Shown here one piece after another: positions 24,267 through 34,794 of a stretch of DNA of 35,906 nt. The stretch lies in IMG/VR virus record IMGVR_UViG_3300028388_002774, positions 1 through 35,906 of that record; one strand, given 5' to 3'. The stretch comes from a virus (taxonomy: Duplodnaviria > Caudoviricetes). The translations under genes were made by a program, and so were the position numbers. The notes under the pieces were generated by a model. The model saw only the letters and a list, made by a program, of their open reading frames with translations. It was not told the origin of the DNA and searched no databases. Numbering within the stretch: the first letter of the stretch is position 1; the number at the start of each line of letters is the position of its first letter.

Positions 24267-26032
24267 TCGACTGGAACCCTGTCTTTAAGCTGGATGATGG
24301 AGATGACGTCACGCAATGTTATCTGTCGTGTACCAATAGCACCATCCTCGATGGCTCGCTGCTGAAGCTCTTCCAGGGCATTAAGGGCTTCACGAACGCG
24401 CGGACTGGTCAGATCGATATCGTACTTCATGACCAGATTGGCATCGTCCGGCGTCAGCGGAATACCCAGATCATCAAAGCCCTGCTGCAGTGATCGCTGC
24501 AGGTCGATATTGAGGTCGTAGAACGGAACCTCTCTGTCAAACCAGAAGGCACCACCATCACGGCTGGTATATTCCTCGGTCATGGAATCCAGGAGGTTCC
24601 GGCGATCTTCGCGGGTCATGTCCTGGGTCAGGCCATTGGCATACATACCCAGCAGGATATTCCGGCGCTCATTCCATACGCGACGATCATTGACTTGGGA
24701 AGTTTTGCTTCCGGTAGGCTCGCTACCCACGGTAGCTTCAATCCAATCATCGAATTGGCGCTGAGCATTGGCATCGAGCAGACCGGCCGAAGATCCCGCA
24801 TCTTTCTTCCAGATCGCGTTATTGAATTCCTGGAAATCGGTCTGACTGAACATGGTGTTGGCGTTGGCCATCAGGAAAGTGCGCGCCGCATCCCACTCGC
24901 CCTGAGCGATCAGGCCGTTCATGTAGTCGTATGCCTGGTAATTGGTCCGAACGTCGCTGTCGGTACTCAGCGCAGAGCGGATAGCCTTCTGGTGACCAGA
25001 ATCCATGGCGCCCCAGACGTCAGGGTATCGATTCTGAAATTCAGAAAGCGTCATGTCGCGCTGGTTTACCAGTACGTCATAAGCCTGTTCGTGTGCCTCA
25101 TACGAAGCCTCTTGCTCGGCCAGCCGCTCCTGCTGCAAGTCGTAAGTGATCTGATCACGAAGCAGGTTCAGTTTCTCAGTATCGTCGCCAGCCATCTCCC
25201 GCGCGCGCTCCATGCGTTCAGATCGGCTGCCACCTTCAATGCGAAGCTCTTGAGCGCGTGATTCAACCCAGTCAACGTTTTCGCGCTGGGTGATTTTCTC
25301 CTGAATGTCGTCGTGGAATGTGCCATTGATCTTGTCTTTATTGGCCTCAAAGTATTCACCGGCCAGCACCGGATCTCTTTCAAGCAGGTTATTCACCGCC
25401 TCCATGTGCATGGTGGTCAGTGATTCGTCCAGTTTCTGTGCGCGCTCTTCCGGTGACCAGCCGTTTCGCTGACCCAGGGTGTTGATCGTGGCTTCGATCT
25501 GCATCGCCTGATCTTCGTTATTGAAGTAACGCAGAGCGCCATCGGTCTGAGCCTGATTGATGATCGCCTCATCCTGGCCATTCAGCCAGTCGACGCGCTC
25601 ACGGCTGGAATGGACCGCCATTTGGTTCAACTCAGAGGTGATCGAGTCATCCATCAACTGGGCGAACGCCTGCTGCTGACGCGGACTCAGGCCATCCATG
25701 TAACGAGACTTGACCTCTTCCAGCGTGGCGCCCATGTCGTTGTACGACTCATAAGCATCCTGGCCGCGCCGGTTGTAATAGGCATCGTCACCCAGGTACA
25801 GCAGCTCGTTCATCTCGCGATGGCTTTCTGTCAGGCGCTGCTTAACCCGCGCCTGCTCATCTTCGCGGCGCATTTTGATGGCATTCTGAGAGACCGCCTG
25901 CCCGATCTGGCTGACCACCTGGCCAGACTGAGCGCCGAAATCATTCGGCGTAAAGCTTGGCTGGCGAGTCGGCGCATTAAGGCGCTGCTGGCCTACCTGC
26001 TGTCTGTTATAAACGTTCTTAACCGTTGGCAT
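24263..26032 (-). CDS. internal virion (ejection) protein, gp15-equivalent position
   Basis: start re-assigned to MPTVKN, which overlaps the upstream gene; helical and Q/E-rich; position in the operon. Confidence 0.7.
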   Translation of the reverse strand: MPTVKNVYNRQQVGQQRLNAPTRQPSFTPNDFGAQSGQVVSQIGQAVSQNAIKMRREDEQARVKQRLTESHREMNELLYLGDDAYYNRRGQDAYESYNDMGATLEEVKSRYMDGLSPRQQQAFAQLMDDSITSELNQMAVHSSRERVDWLNGQDEAIINQAQTDGALRYFNNEDQAMQIEATINTLGQRNGWSPEERAQKLDESLTTMHMEAVNNLLERDPVLAGEYFEANKDKINGTFHDDIQEKITQRENVDWVESRAQELRIEGGSRSERMERAREMAGDDTEKLNLLRDQITYDLQQERLAEQEASYEAHEQAYDVLVNQRDMTLSEFQNRYPDVWGAMDSGHQKAIRSALSTDSDVRTNYQAYDYMNGLIAQGEWDAARTFLMANANTMFSQTDFQEFNNAIWKKDAGSSAGLLDANAQRQFDDWIEATVGSEPTGSKTSQVNDRRVWNERRNILLGMYANGLTQDMTREDRRNLLDSMTEEYTSRDGGAFWFDREVPFYDLNIDLQRSLQQGFDDLGIPLTPDDANLVMKYDIDLTSPRVREALNALEELQQRAIEDGAIGTRQITLRDVISIIQLKDRVPVE

Positions 26033-26501
26033 AGTTAAACCAATTCCCCGCAACCTGCGCTGCACCACCCAATATCGTCGCATTGGCACTGGTGCCGCCA
26101 CCGGCCGCTGCTGCGTCCGCGTTTAGTAGGTCAATGTCCGCCTGCTTATTCAGCTGCCAAGCTTCCATCTGAGCATTGCGTCGAATAGTCAGCGCATCCA
26201 GTTCACCGTAGAAATCGGTATCGTCCAGGATCCGAGAATTCGAGCCGGTCAGGGCCTGGCCACCGGCCAGCATACGTGCTTTTTGATCGCTCTTTATGGC
26301 TGCTACATCCATCCTTTGCTGAGCTTCCGCAGTGTCTCCACGCTGCAAAGCGTCGCGCGCCATGATGCGACGAACAGCAGCGTTTTCGCGGAGCACTCGC
26401 GCATTGGCTCGGCCAGACTTGCGTTGCGCACTCGCCTGCTTCCCGCTGCCCATTAGCTGCAGGCCGCTGCCTACAATCATTGCCCCAGTGACCGGGTCCA
26501 T
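26019..26501 (-). CDS. virion core protein, T7 gp14-like
   Basis: MDPVTGAMIVGSGL...DALQRG...ELDALTIRRNA pattern; GGAG RBS. Confidence 0.75.
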   Translation of the reverse strand: MDPVTGAMIVGSGLQLMGSGKQASAQRKSGRANARVLRENAAVRRIMARDALQRGDTAEAQQRMDVAAIKSDQKARMLAGGQALTGSNSRILDDTDFYGELDALTIRRNAQMEAWQLNKQADIDLLNADAAAAGGGTSANATILGGAAQVAGNWFNYANG

Positions 26502-26502
26502 A

Positions 26503-29037
26503 TCAATCTCCGCCTAATTCGATTTCTGGTGTCATGCTCAGCACAGTGGCTGGCAATGGGTAGCCCTGCTTGATCCAGATCCTAGATCCAGACTCTTGCC
26601 AGGTGATATCGACTTGATATTCGCGGATGCCGGTAAAGCTCGGTATCTGGCCGTAATTATAAGCCGGAATGCGCTCATCAAATTCATAGAGACTGTCTTC
26701 CGCCTCGCCGGCCGAAACACCTCTTGATTCTCTCATAAGCAGGCCGACGCGCGGAACTGCTGTCTTCCTTGTGCGCAATGTCTGATCTGGAATGGTCAGG
26801 TCAAGACTCTGCATCAGGCAGTCATAAGGCAGGCCGATATGGACAACCTCAGCCTCGTATGGAAGCGTCACCTCACCATTGCTGACGGTCAGGTTTTCCA
26901 TGATCACCTGGCCATCCGCCAGGGCAACAAGATCCAGCCCCTCAAGATGCTCCAGGCCGATGATTCGATCAGTAGAAGCTCCGTCGTAAGTCAGGCCGGC
27001 ATCGACACAAAATGCGTCATTGATATCGGTGAAGCGACGTTCGTGCATCCGCTCGACATAACGACGGGTGACGCCGCCGACCTCCCGGCGAATGACGGCA
27101 TAAAGGATGTCTTCGTTGCCTTCCGATATCGATTCGACCGATTCAACAAAACCATTGGTTTCGTGCTGAGACCAGCCCCAAACGTCCTGCTCTTTGAGAT
27201 AGGCCAGGCTTAGCAGAACACCATCGGATCGGACGCACCAAACGAGGGAATTCGGCTCTTCGCAATAGCACCAATCCAAGATCTGATAACTGTAAAATAG
27301 GTGTTCTGCGTAGATAGTGAGATCATTGCCGGTATATTTATCGGTCTCAAACTCATACGCCAGGTCGCGAATCTTGCCCGACAGGTTCTGAATAAACAGA
27401 ACGGTATCGCCAACAATGACCGGCTCAATATCGGAGCATCCTCGACCGCCCTGGAATTTCGTGTTGATCGCGGTAGGCGTAATCACGCCGTCGGCATCAC
27501 CATCGATCCGCCAAGGACCGCCGGATGTCAGGGCGATCAACGGGCCGATTGAAACCAAGTGACGGATCTGGTTCACCTCTCGCGTCGCCAGGGTTGTCTC
27601 GATGGAGTCATCAGAGCGCACCGGGTTGGACAGATCGAAGTTTTTCGACGCAAAGATCGTTTGCGGCGATAGTCGGACGCCACCGAACCACAGCCGCTGC
27701 TGGTGATAGGTGGTGCAGAACGGGTTGTTTTCTTCGCCGTCGACCTCGAACGGGTTGTTGTTGGTCGGCGGCGTGACGCTCATATCCGGGCCAAGGTTGA
27801 AGTCGGTGAATTCACCGGTGTCGGACTGGCCGATGTAGCCGTAGATATTGGTGGCTACCGAGTTGAGCTTGTAGACGTTGAAAAATCCGTTTTTCGGTTT
27901 GGCATAACCGCCGGATGAGTACGCAGTAAAGCCGGTGCCGTCGATGGATGTGTACGTCTCAAGGCCATCATCTTCATACAGCCCGAAGGTGTCTTCGTCG
28001 ATCACCTGCACTTTGTAATTATTGCCGTTCAGCTCAGTCATTCCGGCGATGCCGTCGATAGATATCTGATCGAGATCCGAATAGCCATGATCGGCAATAG
28101 TGATGACTACCGGGTCAGCCTGGGTCGCACCGGTGATCTGATTCCAGACCAGCTTCGCGCCAAACGTTGAAGACTGGGCATCCATCGTGATTGTCTGGGC
28201 ATTGCTGGCGACGCTTTCGGAGCCGTTTGCAGAGACTGCCGTCACCACATAGCCATAAGTTTTGTCATCAGCAGTGCTGGCAGTTCCAGATGTGGTCACA
28301 GTTCCCTGTATTGGCGGGCGGGCGGTAGATCCAAAGTCGATTTCCTGCAGCGTCCACTGAGAGCTTGGCTCGCCGGCAGTACGCAGCAGCTCATACGGCG
28401 GGAAGTCAGGATGAGTCAGGATCATGACGTCGGCTGACTGGGTATATTTCAGCTTGGTGAGATCGTCAGAGACGCCATAAGGCGTTGAGATCTGGTACAG
28501 CGCAGCAGCGTTACCAGAGGAAAATGCGGTGTAGTTGGTGCTATCGACGTCGCGCAGCTCAAAGGTGTCAGTGGTGACAGCGCCGACGATCAGCAAGCGA
28601 TCATTCAGCTCGACCATTCCGGTGATGTCAGACAAATAAACCTCATCACCCTCGACATAGCCGTGGCCGGTCACCTCGACGACGGCCGGGTCAGCCTGGG
28701 TGATGCTGACGATGGTCTGTTCAGCCTCCAGAACAAACTCGCCGTTGCGGATAACGCGCATCTGCTCATCACCAAAGCAGAGGATATAGTTCTGCTCAGT
28801 GTTGAACTGGAATTTGATCAGGCGAACGAAGGATGAATCGGTGTTGCCAGCCAGACCGACGTCACTGGCATTGCCAATGTACTCGAATCCAGCCCGGGTG
28901 CTGGCGCCGCCATGAACACGCGGGAACCAGTTTTTCATCAAGGCAACCGATGACTGGTATTTCCTGATGTCAGTACGCCCATACAAAGCGGGCGAGATTT
29001 CCCCGCCCGAAAAAGATCGTTGTTCCATGCGTGGCAT
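26503..29037 (-). CDS. tail tubular protein B (nozzle) with two E1-FCCH-like insertions
   Basis: QRSFSGGEISP.LYGRTD, FQFNTEQ.Y.L.FG, YTQSADV, HQQRLWFGG and GWSQHET motifs. Confidence 0.88.
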   Translation of the reverse strand: MPRMEQRSFSGGEISPALYGRTDIRKYQSSVALMKNWFPRVHGGASTRAGFEYIGNASDVGLAGNTDSSFVRLIKFQFNTEQNYILCFGDEQMRVIRNGEFVLEAEQTIVSITQADPAVVEVTGHGYVEGDEVYLSDITGMVELNDRLLIVGAVTTDTFELRDVDSTNYTAFSSGNAAALYQISTPYGVSDDLTKLKYTQSADVMILTHPDFPPYELLRTAGEPSSQWTLQEIDFGSTARPPIQGTVTTSGTASTADDKTYGYVVTAVSANGSESVASNAQTITMDAQSSTFGAKLVWNQITGATQADPVVITIADHGYSDLDQISIDGIAGMTELNGNNYKVQVIDEDTFGLYEDDGLETYTSIDGTGFTAYSSGGYAKPKNGFFNVYKLNSVATNIYGYIGQSDTGEFTDFNLGPDMSVTPPTNNNPFEVDGEENNPFCTTYHQQRLWFGGVRLSPQTIFASKNFDLSNPVRSDDSIETTLATREVNQIRHLVSIGPLIALTSGGPWRIDGDADGVITPTAINTKFQGGRGCSDIEPVIVGDTVLFIQNLSGKIRDLAYEFETDKYTGNDLTIYAEHLFYSYQILDWCYCEEPNSLVWCVRSDGVLLSLAYLKEQDVWGWSQHETNGFVESVESISEGNEDILYAVIRREVGGVTRRYVERMHERRFTDINDAFCVDAGLTYDGASTDRIIGLEHLEGLDLVALADGQVIMENLTVSNGEVTLPYEAEVVHIGLPYDCLMQSLDLTIPDQTLRTRKTAVPRVGLLMRESRGVSAGEAEDSLYEFDERIPAYNYGQIPSFTGIREYQVDITWQESGSRIWIKQGYPLPATVLSMTPEIELGGD

Positions 29038-29039
29038 GA

Positions 29040-29720
29040 TCAGAACCTCGGATCGTAAGCTGAACGCGGCCGAGTAGATCGAGCGCGAACACTGCGCGGT
29101 AGTTGCTGTTTCTGGCGAGGACTGGCCTGGTTCGAATACATCGCCGAAGCTTCGCTCTTCAGCTTCTCAAATTCTCTGCTGGCGTTATCGCGATAGCTTC
29201 GACCGGCATCACCACCGAACACAATGGCCAGATCCTTAGCCATTCGCCATGCGATCAACTCAGTGACCATGTGACCAAAGGTGCTGACGGTCTCGATATC
29301 AACCGAGTAGATCACCATCGCCTCGTCCTGGTTGGTGCTGATGATCTTTGTATCGTCTTCGCCCAGCTCAACCTCGAAATCGGCGGTGTACTCATCAAAG
29401 TCGACAAAGCGATTATCGAGGTATCGGGTACTGCTGCTGTTCAGCGGAAGCTCGCTGGGGATCACCTTGCGAACCATCAGGCAGTCAGACGGGTATGCGT
29501 AAGCATATTGCCACTGAGCTGGCTTAAAGGTTTTCTTGGCGAGGGACCGGGTTTTCTTATTGAACGGCCACCAGACCGAAGACAGAACCATTTTCCGGGC
29601 TTCCGGGTAATAGATCCGACACTTCTCGGCCTGGGGACTTTGGTCAGTCAGCGCGCCGATACTGTTGGCACGTACTCGAGCCAGCGCGAGGTTGCAAATA
29701 TCGACAACGCTATTGGCCAT
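29040..29720 (-). CDS. tail tubular protein A (head-tail adaptor)
   Basis: SVVDICNLALARV, W.F..KT..LA and WQYAYAYPSDCL motifs. Confidence 0.85.
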   Translation of the reverse strand: MANSVVDICNLALARVRANSIGALTDQSPQAEKCRIYYPEARKMVLSSVWWPFNKKTRSLAKKTFKPAQWQYAYAYPSDCLMVRKVIPSELPLNSSSTRYLDNRFVDFDEYTADFEVELGEDDTKIISTNQDEAMVIYSVDIETVSTFGHMVTELIAWRMAKDLAIVFGGDAGRSYRDNASREFEKLKSEASAMYSNQASPRQKQQLPRSVRARSTRPRSAYDPRF

Positions 29721-30046
29721 CAGTCATCCGCTCCATACATCGTGGCAGCGCGCTCAGAGTCGGACTTCTTCGGCTCCATCAGCTCCATATCACTGATCTG
29801 CAGATCAACTGACTCATGACCTTCGGAGCCTTCGCGCTGTGACTTACTCAATGACTTGACGTAAGCCTTGGCTTTGATTTCAACAACATCACCGATATCG
29901 AAATCCTCGATACCCTTACCCAGCTTTTCCAGCGAGTCTTCATCGAGATAGATACACAGGCCATACGGATAATCCGGGCCGGTGTATTCATCCATCTCGA
30001 CTTTATCCTCAGCTTTCTCAGCTGGTGTTCGCTTCATGTCAACCAT
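29720..30046 (-). CDS. capsid staple protein (epsilon15 gp10-like)
   Basis: MVDMKR...YPYGLCIYLD..SLEKLG...VDLQISDM...A.TMYG. Confidence 0.7.
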   Translation of the reverse strand: MVDMKRTPAEKAEDKVEMDEYTGPDYPYGLCIYLDEDSLEKLGKGIEDFDIGDVVEIKAKAYVKSLSKSQREGSEGHESVDLQISDMELMEPKKSDSERAATMYGADD

Positions 30047-30058
30047 GATGGCGCTCCG

Positions 30059-30481
30059 TTATTGCGGGTTTACCTGGCTACCGCTCTCGACCTTCATGGC
30101 AGTGCCGGCACCGGACGGGTTCGATGTGTCCTGGCTCTTGGCGTTGGCTTCCTGAATGGACAGGATGGCCATCACGCGCGCCGGCTGATCCAGGTCGGTA
30201 TAATTATCGATCTGCAGTTTTTTGCAGATCTTACCCAGGTCGCTCTGGCTCATGCCGTTCAGCTGCTCTTCGGTGTAATCACCGGTGGCAGATTTCTGGG
30301 ATTTACCGCCGCCGGACTTCTTGCCGCTTTCGGCATCAGCACCCTTGGCATCAACTTCTTCCAGAGAGCTAGGCACCTTTTTCTTCGGATCATCGAAGAA
30401 ATCAGTGGTGAATTTTGCGCCTTCAGGAATGATCTTGTCGTCGATATAGCGCTTTTCCAGTGCAATGAATGTGCGTGGCAT
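30059..30481 (-). CDS. hypothetical virion-associated protein
   Basis: GGAG RBS; contains a helix-extension-helix-like segment YTEEQLNGMSQSDLGKICKKLQI. Confidence 0.7.
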   Translation of the reverse strand: MPRTFIALEKRYIDDKIIPEGAKFTTDFFDDPKKKVPSSLEEVDAKGADAESGKKSGGGKSQKSATGDYTEEQLNGMSQSDLGKICKKLQIDNYTDLDQPARVMAILSIQEANAKSQDTSNPSGAGTAMKVESGSQVNPQ

Positions 30482-30495
30482 TGTCTTGATCTCCC

Positions 30496-30528
30496 AAAAA
30501 AAAGGGCCAGGCCGAGGCCCAGCCCTTT
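30496..30528 (-). terminator. intrinsic terminator after the capsid and cement genes
   Basis: AAAGGGCTGGGCC tc GGCCTGGCCC followed by T8 on the minus strand. Confidence 0.75.
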
Positions 30529-30552
30529 CGATTATGCCGGCAATGCCGACGA

Positions 30553-30981
30553 TTAATTGATGTTGGTTTGACGACCCATGCTGATGCCAGCGTAGATCTG
30601 ACCGGTAGTCGGATCTGTGCCGTTGACGTTGTAGAACAAGCGCAGGTAACGCTCATCGACACCGTTCGGCAGGAACTGGATCGGAATGGTGTAACCAACA
30701 ACCAGGCTGGCCAGCGGCACGTTGATAGTCAGCACGGTCTTCGCGGACGAAAACGAGGTGTTGTCATCAACCTGAACCTGGATATCCAGTGACGTCAGCG
30801 TATTAAACGCCTCAGTCACAATGGCTTCCAGATGAACCGGTTGGCCTTTACCAATATCGCGCACCAGCTGGTTACCCAGGGGCGGAGTGCCGGTGGCACC
30901 CAGATCGATATAGTTGGTTGATGCAGCATCGCCAGTGATCGCCTGGTTCTTACTGAAGAGCTGCTGTTCTGAAACGATCAT
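30553..30981 (-). CDS. capsid cement protein (Bbp16-like)
   Basis: LFSKNQAIT..AASTNYIDLG, VTEAFNTLTSL and RYLRLFYNV.G motifs; follows the MCP. Confidence 0.85.
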   Translation of the reverse strand: MIVSEQQLFSKNQAITGDAASTNYIDLGATGTPPLGNQLVRDIGKGQPVHLEAIVTEAFNTLTSLDIQVQVDDNTSFSSAKTVLTINVPLASLVVGYTIPIQFLPNGVDERYLRLFYNVNGTDPTTGQIYAGISMGRQTNIN

Positions 30982-31016
30982 CGGTTTCTCTCCTTTGTTG
31001 AGCGAGAAAGCTCCGC

Positions 31017-32030
31017 TTACGCGAAGCTGATCGCAGATTCAGTGTTGAGCAGGGCGTCGGTCTCGCGAATCGGAATACCGCGATAGGACATCACTTCTTC
31101 ACCCTGGATTTCCATCGGACGCAAGCGAATGAAGTTATCGCTGGCACCGGCGTTAGTGGCCAGGGCGTCCAGGGCTTCCAGGATGTCCGTATTCATGTAA
31201 ATACAGGACTTGCCTTTGAAGCCTGAGCGGCGACCTTCGTGCTGGTAGTAGGCTTTGCGCAGCAGGCCATACAGATCAACTGAGCCAGCTTCGACGTCAG
31301 AGATGTCGATGTTCGCGATGCGAACGACATAACGCCAGTCGCGCACAGTCAGACCGATGTGATGGGTGAACATCTCTTCCATCGCAAAGTAAGGGTTGCC
31401 GTCGCCATCGAGAACACGCTGCTCACCCTTGTCTTTACGCTGGATACCAGAGCTGATGCCATCACCGTCAGGGTGGATCAGGTGGCACTGGTTATCACCC
31501 CAGGTGACGAACCAGATAGAGGTGTTGTCGCTGTCTTCACCACCGCCATCGATGATCTGACTGCCATTCGGTGCAGACGGATCATTAAAACGAGGGGCCA
31601 GACCCATGAACTGATCCGGGTTGGTAACAGAGTTACCATAGATCAGTTTTTCCTGAGCTTCCTGCTCCATGGCTTCCATGTAAGCCTTCGCTTCAGAGAG
31701 ACGCACAGCGCCACGGTTCGGAGACAGATCAAGCAGACGGCTGTCGATGGTGGACAGGGCTTCAACGAAACCAGTCACATCTTCAACCTGAGCCTTGGTT
31801 GACTTGCCTTGAACAATACCGCGATACAGCGCACCCCATGCAACCGGCGGCAAGCCAGTGCGGATTGTGGTGCGGTGCTTGGTGCCGTTGTTGCAGGGTA
31901 CGCTATAGGCGTCCTTCAACATCGGGTTGAGTTCCATCAGCATCTCGATCACATCGGCAATCGAGCCATCCGGGTTTCGGGACTTTTCGAGATCGATCAA
32001 GTCCAGATAAGTGCCACCGATACCAGCCAT
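31017..32030 (-). CDS. major capsid protein (BPP-1/epsilon15 type)
   Basis: TTIRTGLP, RLSEA, FMGLAPRFN, NTSIWFVTWG, GLTVRDWRYVVRIANID and GIPIRETDALLNTE motifs. Confidence 0.93.
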   Translation of the reverse strand: MAGIGGTYLDLIDLEKSRNPDGSIADVIEMLMELNPMLKDAYSVPCNNGTKHRTTIRTGLPPVAWGALYRGIVQGKSTKAQVEDVTGFVEALSTIDSRLLDLSPNRGAVRLSEAKAYMEAMEQEAQEKLIYGNSVTNPDQFMGLAPRFNDPSAPNGSQIIDGGGEDSDNTSIWFVTWGDNQCHLIHPDGDGISSGIQRKDKGEQRVLDGDGNPYFAMEEMFTHHIGLTVRDWRYVVRIANIDISDVEAGSVDLYGLLRKAYYQHEGRRSGFKGKSCIYMNTDILEALDALATNAGASDNFIRLRPMEIQGEEVMSYRGIPIRETDALLNTESAISFA

Positions 32031-32053
32031 AATTTATCTCCTGTTAAGCTGAT

Positions 32054-32749
32054 TTAGTCGTTCGGGTACATCCGCTTTTCGCGAGATGTTTCACCGCGAG
32101 GCGCAGGATTGCCGCCAGCCGGGTTGTCTTCACCAGTTGGGAACTGCTTGCTCAAGTGGTGAACGTACTTGACCAGCGCTGGGTGAGATCCGAGACCGGT
32201 CTCATTCAGGGTGCTGATCAGATCTTCCTTGAGATCGTCGGGGACAGTCGCTTGAATGAATTGCGACACCTGGGCCGCATTCTTCTCGTAATTGTCACCG
32301 CCGAATTTCTCGTCCTCTTTGAGCGACTTCTCCCACTGCTCACGCGCATCAGCCACCATGCCTTCGTCATCGCCACCGCGTTCACTCATGAACTCGGTGT
32401 ACTTGTCGACCAGCTTGTTGGCCTGTTCCTGGCTAAGGCCAAGCTCCTTCATGATTGGAGCGACGGCATCGATCAGCTCGTTGTCGTACTCCACTCCTTC
32501 AGGTGCTTCGAAGGTGTACTCATCCGGCGCACCTTCAGCGGGCTTATCACCCTCTTTTGGTTTGTCGCCATCACCGTCTTCGTCCGGTTTGTCGCCGGTG
32601 GCTTCCTCGCCTGGTTTTGGGGTTTCGCTACCATCAACAACCGGCTGCTCTTCAGCGCCGCTGGTGGTTTGCTGCTCCCCGGTACTGACTTCGCTTTCTG
32701 TGCCGGTATCGGTGTTTGTGCTTCCAGCCACAGTTTCTTGCTCAGCCAT
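32054..32749 (-). CDS. capsid scaffolding protein
   Basis: acidic disordered N-terminus, APDEYTF..PEG, ELGLSQEQA.KL, TGLGSHP; lies upstream of the MCP. Confidence 0.8.
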   Translation of the reverse strand: MAEQETVAGSTNTDTGTESEVSTGEQQTTSGAEEQPVVDGSETPKPGEEATGDKPDEDGDGDKPKEGDKPAEGAPDEYTFEAPEGVEYDNELIDAVAPIMKELGLSQEQANKLVDKYTEFMSERGGDDEGMVADAREQWEKSLKEDEKFGGDNYEKNAAQVSQFIQATVPDDLKEDLISTLNETGLGSHPALVKYVHHLSKQFPTGEDNPAGGNPAPRGETSREKRMYPND

Positions 32750-33066
32750 CAGTCATTCTCCTGCTTGGGTAATAAAAGTTCGAGCGCCACCTTGTTGTTC
32801 ACGCTGGCGAGGCTCGCCCAGATCTTTCTTGTGAAATCTTGCTGACCGGAGTTGTAAAACGTCTGCGAGTTACCAGTCATCACGCTGCGCATTATTCCGC
32901 CGTCCTCCAGAACACTGCCGATGAACCGACGAAACTCTGGCCGACCCAGTAAAAACTGGATATCTGATATTCGCTCAGCCTGAGCAACCTTATCGGCCTG
33001 AGCCGCAGCCAGCCTGGCTTCATCATTTCCCTGTCGGGTCTTCCGGTCAGCTCTATCAGTAGTCAT
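32749..33066 (-). CDS. Bbp19-like head protein
   Basis: DIQFLL..PEFRRFI..VLE..G...TFYNSG; lies between portal and scaffold. Confidence 0.7.
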   Translation of the reverse strand: MTTDRADRKTRQGNDEARLAAAQADKVAQAERISDIQFLLGRPEFRRFIGSVLEDGGIMRSVMTGNSQTFYNSGQQDFTRKIWASLASVNNKVALELLLPKQEND

Positions 33067-33090
33067 TTAAATTGTCCACCGTGATTACGA

Positions 33091-34794
33091 TTAAGTCAAA
33101 CTATCGAGTACGCCCTCCAGGGCGTTGCCGTCACCAACCTGGGTATCGCTCAGCGTCTTGGCTGACTCGGCTGCGGCCGCCATGCGTTCACGTTCTTGCT
33201 GCGCCTGGATGGCTGCAGCGCGCTGCTCGCGAATGGCGGCAGCCTGGTCATTGGTTCTGATAATCGACGGCGGCGCACCTTTGGCGCGGGCATACTCATC
33301 GATCAGCTCATCAGTATTCAGCTTATCCAGGGCGTCCGGGCTGAACTGCGACAGGTTGGTCACGAACGCCGTGGTGATGTCCATGCTGTCGGTGCTGACG
33401 GCTTTCTGGGCTTTGGCCAGGACAGACACGTACTCGACTCGCAGCTTGACGTTCTCCAGTTCAGGCGGCGGCGGCGGGATCAAGCCCTTGCGGTTCATGA
33501 TCTCGAACACGCGGTCGATGATCAGGTCCAGCGCTTCGTCGTTGATGCGCTCCAGCACCGGGCCAAGCATCAGCAGCTTCTCTTCTTTGCGCTCGATAAT
33601 CTCCGTGGCGGTGATCTGGGCGCGATCCATCTGCTGCAGCATCAGGAACAGATCGGCATAGAAGGCGCGTTCGATACGGCCTTCCTTCTCCTGAATATCC
33701 AAACGCAGGTGGTCGATGTTCGGATTGACGTTATAGACCGGTGACAGGCCAGGCTTGCCGCTCATGGCCATATTCGGAACAAAGGTAACGCCGCCGGCAA
33801 TCAGGTCGACGCCGGCGTTCTGGAGGTACTGGTCACCCACCAGCGGCGGATTGTGTTGCTTCTCGATGGCCGTGGCCTTGTCCAGCTCTTCAACCTGCAG
33901 CGACTTATTGGACCCCATCGCATTGAAGGCTGGATAGCTGGTGGCATAGATATCCTTGCCGAGCACGGTCCAGCGTGGCGCGAAGAATGGCTGCTCATTG
34001 AAGCCAGACCACTGAAGCATCGGCGATCCACCGGTGTTTTCCTGGTCCGCTTCCATATAAGCAGAGCGCCAAGGCATCTCAGATGACGCCGGTGAGTTCG
34101 GGTTTCGGCCTTCGTTGCGCTCAATGACATGGAGGATATTGATCAGACTCTCCATCTCATTGTTGTCGTACATCTTCCGGTATGACTGACTCAGGTTCTC
34201 CAGGCCAAATTTGGTGACGGCTTCGCGCACCGTCATGTTGAATTCGTTGTAGAACCGGTCGACGCGGCCGTTGCCATCCTGAGCCAGCTTGTAGCTGCCG
34301 ATCTCATACGTCTCGAATCGGACGACATCCTCAAAGTCTTCGTAGCAGGTCACCGGGCACTGACCAAACGTCCCCATGTGCATATACATCTGGTACATCA
34401 CGCGGTAGAAGTTGGAGCCGGCCAGCACTGCCATCATTCGTTCTTCGACAACGTTCAGCCATTCCTTGATCGGCTGAGAGTTCATCATATCCTTGTCCGG
34501 CGTCGCCAACTCGAACCACTTGCGCGCTGGGCTGGTAATGCCAGCCATCATCCCGGAGGCCAGAATATTGGCCGAACTCATTGCGGTTTCGTTCATCAGG
34601 AATTCGTTGCGCAAGCGCTTGCGGCGGTCTGACGGCGGATGGGATAGCAAGGATCGAGGCGTGTAACCCAGAACGAAATCAGCAGAGTCGATCCACTCAT
34701 CGATGTATTCGTTGCGAATATCATCCAGCCGCTTGTTGCGAGCCATTATCTGCTTTTTGACTTCCTGCATCCGATCTCTGTTGACCATGATCAC
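33091..34794 (-). CDS. portal protein (head-to-tail connector, T7 gp8/Bbp21 type)
   Basis: LASGMMAGITSPARKWFEL, SNFY, FYADLFLML and TATEI.ERKEEKLLMLGPVLER motifs. Confidence 0.95.
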   Translation of the reverse strand: MIMVNRDRMQEVKKQIMARNKRLDDIRNEYIDEWIDSADFVLGYTPRSLLSHPPSDRRKRLRNEFLMNETAMSSANILASGMMAGITSPARKWFELATPDKDMMNSQPIKEWLNVVEERMMAVLAGSNFYRVMYQMYMHMGTFGQCPVTCYEDFEDVVRFETYEIGSYKLAQDGNGRVDRFYNEFNMTVREAVTKFGLENLSQSYRKMYDNNEMESLINILHVIERNEGRNPNSPASSEMPWRSAYMEADQENTGGSPMLQWSGFNEQPFFAPRWTVLGKDIYATSYPAFNAMGSNKSLQVEELDKATAIEKQHNPPLVGDQYLQNAGVDLIAGGVTFVPNMAMSGKPGLSPVYNVNPNIDHLRLDIQEKEGRIERAFYADLFLMLQQMDRAQITATEIIERKEEKLLMLGPVLERINDEALDLIIDRVFEIMNRKGLIPPPPPELENVKLRVEYVSVLAKAQKAVSTDSMDITTAFVTNLSQFSPDALDKLNTDELIDEYARAKGAPPSIIRTNDQAAAIREQRAAAIQAQQERERMAAAAESAKTLSDTQVGDGNALEGVLDSLT

